DNA of 48,307 bases, from NCBI GenBank assembly GCA_032718475.1, contig JAUCBJ010002331.1:1-48307 (forward strand), given 5' to 3'. Below are positions 22,719-32,863 of the stretch, in pieces; position 1 is the first letter of the stretch, and each line of letters begins with the position of its first letter. Source of the DNA: Nemertoderma westbladi (lineage: Eukaryota; Animalia; Xenacoelomorpha). Below the pieces are notes generated by a model that saw only the letters and a list, made by a program, of their open reading frames with translations, was not told where the DNA came from and did no database searches. Made by a program: the position numbers and the translations under genes.

Positions 22719-23600
22719 TAGTGTCGTTATTCAGATACCTGACCCCCCCCACCCCCCCCCCCCCCCCCCCCAAAAATTGTTCTACAAATCTTAATAAGAT
22801 TGCATGAAATTTGAAACAGAGATAGTTTCATCTCACTCCTCCTTAGTGGGTAAGCCAGAATTTTTATTTTTGCTTTCATTCTTTAGCTACAAGCGCTAAG
22901 AAAAGGTGTCTTCGACGAAATTGCATCAGTTACACCGCAGTTATTCTTAAACATTTAGTGATTTGTTGGTACTAGTGGAAAGCGGAAGGGGTAAGGATTA
23001 CAAATATGTCAAAATATTTGAATTTGGTTGGGAAATAGCTGAGATATGGGCATTCGAATTTTGCATGTATTTGCTTCTGCTGCAGACCATTTATTCCATT
23101 TAATAAATACACAATGTTCGAGAGCGTTTTGTTTATCTCATAAGTAGCTTGGCAACAATTCAATACCTACATAATAATACTAGTAAATGGATATTGATAT
23201 TGATATCCGATGGCCCCATCGATGCGCCAGTTTGTAAAACGGTTCGCGTACAAGCTGTCTGACTGTCGTGAAATAAGGTATTCGGATTGTAGATAGATAG
23301 TTAGAAAGATTTATTTATACATTATGTAAAAACAATAACAAATACACCAAACAATGTACCGGTATAAAGGTAACCTCCAACATAACATATAAGATTACTT
23401 TATTCTGACTTGATTCTTTAAACTCTTGTAGCTAAAGAATGAAAGCAAAATTAAAAATTCTGGCACACCCACTAACCCACTAAGGGTGCGGGAGATGGAA
23501 CTATCTATGTTTCAAATTTCATGCAATCTCATTAAGATTTGTAGAAAAAAAAAAAATTTTTTGGGGGGGGGGGGGGGCAGGTACTTGAATAACGACACAA
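22719..23600. mobile_element. MITE with ~175-bp terminal inverted repeats (Tc1/mariner-like)
   Basis: GTGTCGTTATTCAGATACCTGAC(C)n... versus ...(G)nCAGGTACTTGAATAACGACAC. Arms ~22721-22893 and ~23426-23598. Termini degraded, so superfamily is tentative. Confidence 0.8.
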
Positions 23601-23906
23601 TTTACTGTACTTATTAAACAGTGTTTTGTTGTTTTTAATGATTTTTCCTAAGAGTACGAACTAGCCAAGACGAAGCCTTTTCACCCTAAAAGTATTAATG
23701 TATGTAGAATACATTTTTATTTATTTACCGGGCCGTAGCCCATATGAACATGATAGATTATAATTATTATGGTCACAAACAGTTAGCACAAATCAATACT
23801 GGAATTTATCTAACTACTGTATATAGAATATCGAGTTGCCTAGCAATATCCATCGTTCAACCAATAAGGAAGAATCTTTACAAGTTAAATAAATAATACG
23901 CCTTAA

Positions 23907-24639
23907 TTATAGGATTACTGGTGTTATGAAAACGATTATATAATGAAAAAATATTTGAACGAAGAATAGCCTAAAGTTATTTACTCTGTTTATCTCAAAA
24001 ATAGTATCAGCATCATCAGTACGCGAGTATTTAAAGAGTAATCGAAAACCGCAGTTATATGCGACTTTCAATTGGCGCATACAGTCAACTCTAAACACCG
24101 ACCAAAGTGTACAGCAGTATTTACTGTAGCAAAACGTTTTAAATAATAAACGTTTAACCGGATTGGAACAACTTGAAAAATTCCGAGCAAGCTGATTACC
24201 GCGACAGTAGAGACAACGTCTCAATCGCAAAATATCGGGTTCGTCTGAGAAATAGCAACTAATAGTATGGACAAGATATTGAATCTATTTAACACAAGGT
24301 AAAATTTTACCAAAGAGATATACGTCTCCCGCCCGTCCATATTTCTTGGGCAAAAAATAAAATTTAATAGGATTATAAGATATGTCAAATTTAATGCCAT
24401 ATAATTCACAAATTTTCAACAATGCATTCAGACAAAAAATACTTAGGGAAAGTAAACATAAATCGTCCACGTAAAACAAGTAAGTGATTTAAAAGCACAT
24501 TATTAATCCTACAACCAACATAAATTTTGTGTAACTCTAGACTAAGATCATTGACATAAATATTAAAAAGTAGTGGCGACAGCAAACTCCCTTGGCTGAC
24601 ACCAATCGCCGTTCCCCAACCCAACGTTACTGACTGCAC
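23907..24639 (-). pseudogene. Degenerate non-LTR RT C-terminal fragment (RTEX-like)
   Basis: GVSQGSLLSPLLFNIYVNDL, FYVDDLCLL, VKRLLFKTFC..LW..LKVAYN across several frames. Confidence 0.85.
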
Positions 24640-25437
24640 ACTATACCAAACTTACTTATTTTAACTTACTTATTATATAAATTAATGTGAAAACGTTTAT
24701 ACTGTACCACCAAGGTTATAAATAACCTTAAGTTATGGGAACGAGTTATTTTTTTTCTCATCATTATCAACCACCCCCTCATCGCTATCCACAAACTTTC
24801 ATTCATTAATTCGAGGAGAAGGGCGATTAGCTACTACTACTATTTATCATTAATAATAAAGGAACGGATGAAGTGGTAGGCATTAATAATAGGCAGTTTG
24901 TACTTACCTTTGTGTCCTTGATTTAATGAAATGAGCAAGAAAAACATGCCGAAATTATATTTAATTACAAAGTTTCCCTTTTGAGTAAATCAGGAATTGA
25001 CCAATGGGAATTAGAAACATTCTGTGGAAACAATTTCTTCTTTTGATTGGCCCATAACCAATCCTGCCACTGTTCCTCAATCAGCAACTCTATCAACACA
25101 AGATAAGTAAATGCATGTTTTATTTATAATATGTAATCTACATAAAAAATTATTACATAAATTATTGCCACTCTTAAATTGCGCCTGTTATATGCACCTG
25201 CCTATCCTAATAATACAGGCATCAGTATCTAACCAACTGTTACAGGTATCTTAATACTACCGCTATTACCAAACTGCGGGAACAAGCAGTTGTTGACAAA
25301 TTTTCAAGCATTATGACTAGTAACTTTCAGATGGCATATAAATAAAAATGCATGAAATACACATATGCACAAATGAAAAAATAAAAATAAATAAAAATGC
25401 TTTGCTTGTAGACTGAATAGTTTAAACTTACGTTTAA

Positions 25438-26127
25438 CCCTATTAGTACCGGGCTATAAAATGTTGTACAAGAAACTAATTAAAACTTAATTATTCCATT
25501 AGAATTCAGAACCGCCATAAACCTCTAAAACGGGAGAAATAAGTTGTCACAAGCAATTGAACTATTGAATCGATTTTCAAAATTTCATGCAGGGACCAAA
25601 TTTTGCACACAGCACCGAAAAATACAAGTTTGATATGCCTGGTGCAACACGAATATATTCCATCGAAATCAGAACCCCAAAATACCCCTATTGCGCAAAA
25701 ACTAGGTTCAAACAATCAATTTACAAAATTGACATATTTTAAAATTTGGTGCTGGCACCAAAATTTGGCACCCGCCTAAAAAAAAACAAGTTTAAAATTT
25801 CTAAATTAATTTATATGAATTTCATCTAATTACAAACACCAAAAAACCGGTGTAAATCAAAAATAGAAATGTTACAAATCAAATTTCATGAAATGTAATT
25901 TTCAAAAAACGTCTCAAAAAAATAGCCAAAAGTAGGGTTAAAAAATGGTGATTTAACTCGAAAAGTTCCCAATATTTTTGAAAACGGTTTTCACTATTAG
26001 GAAGGCAATAGATTTTTAGGAAAAGTCATAAAATTTGAGATTCCCAACTACGTTTGTTTCAGAGTTATAACAAAAAAAAACAAGGGTGCTCATATTGACC
26101 CTCCCCCACACCCCGTGTTTAATAGGG
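25438..26127. mobile_element. piggyBac-like non-autonomous element, short copy
   Basis: TTAA|CCCTATTA...TAATAGGG|TTAA. Deletion derivative of 42003-43524. Confidence 0.88.
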
Positions 26128-26149
26128 TTAACCTATAGTTTATCTCATG

Positions 26150-26990
26150 TTAACATTCTTTCACTAGATTTGACATCCGCCTTCGATTGCATGAAATATG
26201 AATGAAGTGTTGTTAAAAAAATTGAAAACTACTGATATTAGTATAAATATAATACGTTTGGTTAGATGGCTACTAAAATCATATTACAGGAAATCATCAG
26301 CAGTATTAAAATTTGATCAACCATACATAATGAATCTATAGAACTTGGGAGGGGAAACGTATCACCTATTAAACAACTTGATGAGGAATATATCGGGTAT
26401 CACTGTGGAGACCAGGCCTACCCTGTCATTGGATATGCTGATCTATTAATTACTCTTATGTAACCTAAAAACAGACATGGACAGATGCATCAAGATCGGC
26501 ATGAACATTTTCCAACAAAATGTCCTCTCAGTAAACACAAAGACCGCCTATCCAAACATGACAACTTTACTTACAACGGGAATCCGGTACAACTCTCCAA
26601 CGATAATGAATACCTTGGTTTAACGATTCAGTCCAGCCTATGTTTCACTAACCACATTCTGAGAAAAAAACAAAAGGCATTCAAATAAATCGGATCTCTT
26701 CGGAACGTCCAATTCTTGTCAGTTCCAACAGCTATGAAAATATTTAATGGTAAAATATCTCCTACTGTATGGTACTCTACGTTCTTTCAAGTTACAGTCG
26801 GTATCTGAAGCTGAACCCTCTAAAGGAGCTGGACAAAATCAAAACGACTTTCGCAAAACGCGTTCTCGGACTTCATAAATCGGCTTCATCAACCCTCTTG
26901 CATTGCGAATTTTAGACGAGAAGACTCTGATTGAAGATATTCTGGACCGCACACCAGAAGTCCTGTTCAATCAAGATGTTCTAGAACAGT
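26150..26990 (+). pseudogene. Highly degenerate LINE RT fragment
   Basis: LDLTSAFD, IGYAD, FTYNGNPV..EYLGLTIQSSLCFTNHI motifs, with many stops and deletions. Confidence 0.65.
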
Positions 26991-28143
26991 ATCACCCCCC
27001 CCCCCCCCCCCCCCCCCCGTGGCCTCACTTGCTATTAATTCTATATCTATAATACATTGTCAATTTCATATATTTTTAACATTGATTAATTTTTATCATG
27101 AATCTGAATATATTTATACTTTTAACATTTCCGACGGTTCGGTCTAATTTTAACATGTATATAATTCATAAGTTACAGGGCGCTCCATAGTCTTGGACAC
27201 CCTGTGTATGTGTAATATTATTGCTATTATATTACTTATAATGAATTTATATAGTTTACCCCGATCTGGGGTGTTTATTCTAAATAAAAAAGTAAACACA
27301 AAGAAATCCCATTATATTAGAGTGCAGGAAGATCAGTTACTGTATCTGGGCCAACCCTCACCGACAACACCCACAAAATATACAAGATATTTTTGCGAAA
27401 AAGTGCTGGACAAAAGTGACACACGCATCGCATAAAGTTCCACTGGAAGTGACCTCACTGACCTGGAAGACCGTATAACCTACCTGCCTTACATTCAGTA
27501 TGGGTCATTATGCGCCGGAGAGGGTGATATTCCTTTCCTTCAACATACCCACAGGAAAGCAATGCGATCAATCGTAGGTGTTGGAAACTATATATCCAAC
27601 AATGCTCTTATGGCACTCTGAGGGACAAACTTTGGGTAAAGGGGTTGCCGACTCAAAATGTATAGTTTCATATTACATTTTTAACTGCTATCCCAAAGTT
27701 ACCAAATTGCTTTCAACATGCCTATTCCACCACACAGCGTTTTTAAAGATATAAAAGTTCCAGAAAGACTATAAAAGTGCTTAGTTTAGGACTTACCATC
27801 ACTGACCAACCTAACACCAACGCAGGCCCGGATTTAGAGTGGTGGGTGGGTCTGGGCTCTACTGTATGGGGTTTGGACATACGGCGCCGATAACTTCTCA
27901 TAGCCTATACTTTACTGAAACACACATTTTCTCTCGTTTTCGTTACCCTAACTTTCAATCTATTTATTGGAAATACCTTTCTAAGAAAATTTAATGTAGA
28001 TATAAATATATTAGTAGGAAATATGAGTCAGGAAATGTTTGGAAACTTCCTATTTTTTACTTCCTACGTTTTTCTGGAAATTTCCTATTGTAGTAAAATT
28101 ATAATAATTAGCGCGAATGAAAAGAATGCCATAATTAATTAAG

Positions 28144-28183
28144 CGGAACGTTTCGATTTATTACATTAAACCATCATCAGCCA
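28144..28183 (-). ncRNA. Minimal type I hammerhead ribozyme (PLE-type)
   Basis: UGG-CUGAUGA-U-GGUUUA(augUaa)UAAAUC-GAAA-CGUU-CCG: canonical boxes and palindromic AACGUU stem III. Confidence 0.85.
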
Positions 28184-28422
28184 ATACTACAGTAAGATAC
28201 ATAAAGTTTAAATTACATTCTAAATTATTAATATTACTGCAAAATATGTGAAAACATTACAATACGAGAAGATATAGGAGCCTAACTACTTGCATACGTA
28301 ATACTGAATTAAGTAAAATAGTGCACGGTAAAATCATGAAATCAGACAACTAAATTGATAATGAGTACATTAATACATACTGTATAGTACTGTAGATACG
28401 GTCTATGTAGTGTGTGTAGTTT

Positions 28423-29370
28423 TTAGAACAATAGTAAAGGGAATGAGGTTCCCTGAATATTTAGAGTAGGTCTGTGGCGGGAGATAACTAGGCTTTCTTT
28501 AATTAATAGGTCGTAATTAGTATCAGCTCTACCTATTATTGAGAAGTCATTGTAATTGAAGGTGTGATCCTCGTCTAGGGCGTGTTCTCGTACAGTGGAG
28601 TGTTTGGGAGAGGCTGAAGTTTTTCCTGTTCGAGGGGAAACTCCCAAGTGTTCGCTGATCCTTGCTTTGTAGTGACGCTCGGTTTTACCGATGTATGTAG
28701 CATTGCAGCTACTGCACGTAAATTTATATAAAGCAAGAGGTCTGAGACACAGGGGAAGTCTATCCTTAAATGGAAAGTGAACTCCTAACCTACGTGTAGG
28801 GCGAAAAATAATCTTAAAATTACATTGGGGAAACGCTTTGCAAAGTAACTGTAGTCGTTTTTTAAGCAGGATTGAGTATGAACCAATGAACGGTAGTACA
28901 AGATAGACCGGACGTTTAGGAACAGTGGGGAAAGTCGGTTTAGAACCTGTCATACATTTAACTGTTATCCTATCAGTAGCCATGGACAGTAAGTGCTTAG
29001 GGTAACCATTGAGGGACAATAGACCATGGAGGATATTAATTTCCTTATGAAATTGGCACCAAGTAGAACAAATCATAAGGATTCGATAAACAAGTGTTGA
29101 AATTAGAGCAATTTTGAATTGATCTGGAATAAAGCTATCAAATGGTGTATACAGGCCTGTAAAAGTTGGTTTACGGTAAACAGATGTAATATATTTATTA
29201 TCTGTGTTTTTTGTAATGAGAACATCTAAGAATTGTAGGGAGCCATTAGATTCGAATTCAGCTGTAAACTCTATATTTCTGTGCTGTTTATTTAGGTATT
29301 TCATAAAGTCATAAGCGTGTTGCCGATCACGGAATAAAATAAAAGAGTCATCTACGTAACGTCGGTAACG
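28423..29370 (-). CDS. Penelope RT C-terminal part plus GIY-YIG endonuclease (5'-truncated)
   Basis: YRRYVDDSF just upstream of the listed ORF, LQFLDVLI, TSVYRKPTFTG, ALYKFTCSSCNATYIGKTER..RISEH..ESLVI..P.LN. Confidence 0.93.
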   Translation of the reverse strand, partial: RYRRYVDDSFILFRDRQHAYDFMKYLNKQHRNIEFTAEFESNGSLQFLDVLITKNTDNKYITSVYRKPTFTGLYTPFDSFIPDQFKIALISTLVYRILMICSTWCQFHKEINILHGLLSLNGYPKHLLSMATDRITVKCMTGSKPTFPTVPKRPVYLVLPFIGSYSILLKKRLQLLCKAFPQCNFKIIFRPTRRLGVHFPFKDRLPLCLRPLALYKFTCSSCNATYIGKTERHYKARISEHLGVSPRTGKTSASPKHSTVREHALDEDHTFNYNDFSIIGRADTNYDLLIKESLVISRHRPTLNIQGTSFPLLLF

Positions 29371-29448
29371 TAACTACAAGCAAGGATCAGCGAACACTTG
29401 GGAGTTTCCCCTCGAACAGGAAAAACTTCAGCCTCTCCCAAACACTCC

Positions 29449-30694
29449 TGTAAAAGCTTCTGTGGGATATAACTGGCCCCTTTTGCTTCGCAATCCAGTT
29501 TCCCCCCAGGCGCTGGAATACTCTAAAAAGGTTCTCTAACTGTATATATATTCCCCTCGCCCGCAAGGTACCGTTACAGGTGTTTTAACGGACATAAAAG
29601 TCATTCTGCTATATACGTGTTTTGGCGGACATGGTAAGGCAAAAAACCTGCAATGCACCAACTACCTTTCACAGCTTAGCCGTGATGATTCATATTACGA
29701 CATCTAACAGCTGGTTGCTGACATGGAAACAGCCATTGGACGCATAGTTCTTTGTTTGGCTTGAGCCAATCAGAGCGATTTTTCCTGTCGACGTGTAGCT
29801 TTTCGGCCGATCATAAGGAGAGTGTTCAGTCTTACTGTTTTTACTTGATACTTTGTTGTTATTGCTGTCTAAGCCAGAAACACCGGCTTTTTGGGAAGAA
29901 CTCTAGTAAAACTGCTTGAATTATCGAAAGTATAAACTGTTACCTTAACAAATCAATAACTCACTACTTAACATGCTCACTTAATTTAATTGCATTAATC
30001 ATATTGTTTGTACTGTTATTTTACCGTCAGTTATTAATTGTACCTATTTGTTGATGGAAATATTGCTCTTTGGATAATACGGATAAATCACCCAAATTCC
30101 CAATTTTCTTGATACACTACAGGTTAGAGAGACCGGCTATACATAACAATTGCGATTTATATTAATGTGGTGTGTATTGAATTCAATGTTATTTAGCAGA
30201 CCCTACGTGAGTCAATTGCTGCTCTCTTTATGTGTGATCAAATATACTGACGGTCGGCAGAATAGTGTGTATGATTGTGATTGGTAACAAAGTATTTCCT
30301 AAAGAATACGCTTTATACTTCAATCATAAGCAGTATCGTTGCGTTTTAGTATAAGTCTTAGTTCTGTTTAAATAGATAAAGCGCCACGTCCTAAAGGAAC
30401 TGTTAATACTTCCCGAAAGCCAATAATACCTGTCAGAGATTAATTATTAACGATCTATCGAATAATACAGTAGGTATACACTGCAACCTTACACTGCAAT
30501 AATAAAATTTAAGCATCCGAATTCAGTCTCCCGGGTGTAGATCCATCGGGTGAATGATCGCGCATGGGCTGACTTCGGCTAGTGTTTTGCGTATTAGCAT
30601 AAAATATTGTCGTATGCTAAAGTGGTTTTAATTAACTAAAAGACATATAAATTTTGGCAGGTTAAACTGCTAAAGGTCTTCAAAAGCGCGAACA
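29449..30694 (+). repeat. 5' LTR of element 2
   Basis: Direct repeat of 40150-41395. CCAAT box near 29766, AATAAA near 30501. Confidence 0.97.
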
Positions 30695-30707
30695 GTAACA
30701 GTTTATA
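30695..30707 (+). promoter_or_regulatory. Non-tRNA primer-binding site complementary to the element's own LTR
   Basis: GTAACAGTTTATA abuts the LTR end. It is the perfect reverse complement of TATAAACTGTTAC at 29931-29943. Confidence 0.78.
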
Positions 30708-30964
30708 ATCTTATTGCAGTAGGCAATAAGGTTGCAAAATACCGTAGTGACTGGTAAAACTGAACCGGTGCTTCTGTAGGTCAGTAGGCCTAACTGTCAT
30801 CACCGGTACCGGTACTGCTGTACAAGTACATTTAGTATTATTCGATTTTGATTAATGTATACTGGTAGGCTGTTTAAGAGATTAGGGACTGTACACCCCT
30901 TGTTTCTTTTGGAGCTTACTTATTTCTGTCGGTTTTATTTCCTAGTAAGTTAATATTGAGCTGC

Positions 30965-31550
30965 TCAGATTGTTCAGATAATTGTAGGCTGAGCTGCTGT
31001 CTGACTGTTGTTGAGTTTGGAGAGATTACGGCGTGTGTAGAGTTTGTCTGATAAAGTGCCGTTAGTAAGTTGGGGCAGCCATATGCGGTAAGGTCAATCC
31101 CCTCTTAAAGAATAAGTCGTACTACCGTGTTAGAACGCATACTAACTAACAGTTTCAGAGTCTGCATATACTGTAGTTTATCTAGGCTTGATCGTAGTCT
31201 GCCAGTGTTTTAGCCTGAGTTTGTTTGTGTGGTCTGTTCAGGTACCGTAATAGTTATTACTCAAATATTTGTAGGCTGGATTGTTGTCTAGCTATTTTTG
31301 GGTCTGAAGGGATTGCTGCGTGTGTAGAGTTGGTCTGATCAAGTGCCGTTAGTAAGTTGGGGCAGCCATAAGCGGTAAGGTCAATCCCCTCTTAAAGAGT
31401 AAGTCGTACTACCGTGTTAGAACGCATACTAACTAACAGTTTCAGAATCTGCACATACTGTAGTTTGTTTAGGCTTAATAGTAGTCTGCCAGCGTTTGGT
31501 TTGTATTTGTTTGAGTATTCTGTACGGGTAGCGTAATATTTATTATTCAG
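30965..31550. repeat. Tandem duplication, period 287 bp, in the leader of element 2
   Basis: GCGTGTGTAGAG... begins at 31031 and 31318; core nearly identical, flanks diverged. Confidence 0.9.
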
Positions 31551-32479
31551 AGTTTATGCGATTATTCGCAACATTCATGTCCCCAAGTTTATTCCTACAG
31601 TAATTGTGCTTGTTATACATACCGTTATAGTTAAATTAACTCCGGTACTACATCAGGGCTGCTCGGCGTAGGTAAAGACTGGAGATTTTGTGCTTCGGTC
31701 ACTCCAGCAGATGCCGTGGTTCTTTTAACTGTTCAAGTATATTTAACTACTGATTATTTGTTATACCGGTACTTGTACCTAATTTAGGGTTTAGTGTACA
31801 GTGCTTTCCGAAGTAATTAGTGTAGGCAGTATATTTGTGTTGTAAAGTGGTTGATAGGCACATTCGTTAGCTCTATTAGCTTCTGGGTAGGAACAATCCG
31901 TGATACATAACGTAGTACCTATAGCGATACGGTTATAGGTCGTCAGGCGGTGGTATTTTCCTATCTGGACAGTACAGTATATTTACTACTACTTATTATT
32001 TCAAATACCGTAGTACCCTGTCCGTTGTAATAACCAGAACTCTAACCCTTTGTTAGGCTGGTTAGTAGACTTCCTGTAAAATTACCCTAAAAATTTCGTA
32101 CGTAATATTTTGTTGTGTTTAATTAGAGAATTAATCTCCTCAGTATCGTAAGTAATTTGTAGTATTAAGTAACTTAGGTAAATTAGAATTATCAGTTTTA
32201 GTGTCAAATAAATAGCACTTCACTGAGAGGCGTTCAGCTTCTGTGTAGTGACTCCCCCAGAAATAATAACATTTATTTCAAATATTGACAAAAACCCATA
32301 TAAACGGGTATATAAATATTATAAATCAAATCAAACGATTTATAAATAGTAGGCCTGTCATACCACAACTAGGTCTCAATATCAGTTGGACTACTGCTTA
32401 AATAACGGTAATAAAGTAAGTTAAAGTAACCAAGTAACGTTAAAAATATTCAGAAATTCAATTATTCTAAAATAATTGA

Positions 32480-32730
32480 CATACCGGTATTTACCATAGG
32501 CTTATTATATTTATTTCTATAAATTTGAGCTGAAATCATACCGGTATTCTGTAATTAATTCTAGTAATAATTATACTTATATATACTATAAGTGTCAGCT
32601 GTATACCGGTATTCACGATAGGCCTATTATATATTTATATATATTTGTGCTAAAATTATATACCGGTACTCTGTGACAAATCTAGTCTGTAATAATACTT
32701 ATATATATATTATAAGCATACCGGTATTCT
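32480..32730. repeat. Diverged ~120-bp duplication carrying five ATACCGGTA motifs at about 60-bp spacing
   Basis: Motifs at about 32481, 32538, 32604, 32660 and 32718. Confidence 0.75.
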
Positions 32731-32863
32731 AATATATTATATATATATCACGCTACACTGAGTAGCAGTATCGGTAATTAATTATTAGGCTAACAGTGAT
32801 ACTGAATTACTAGACTTGCTTTAACTGTAATATAGCAGTAGACATTCAACTGTACAATCAAAC

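Noticed and set aside
22743-22771. Poly-C/poly-G tracts as G-quadruplex regulators (also 23563, 26995, 43498, 43961)
   Set aside because: Mostly subterminal homopolymers of MITEs with variable length; no independent evidence of function.
27174-27204. Tiny TACAGGG..CCCTGT palindrome as a Tc1/mariner remnant
   Set aside because: Too short and imperfect to call.
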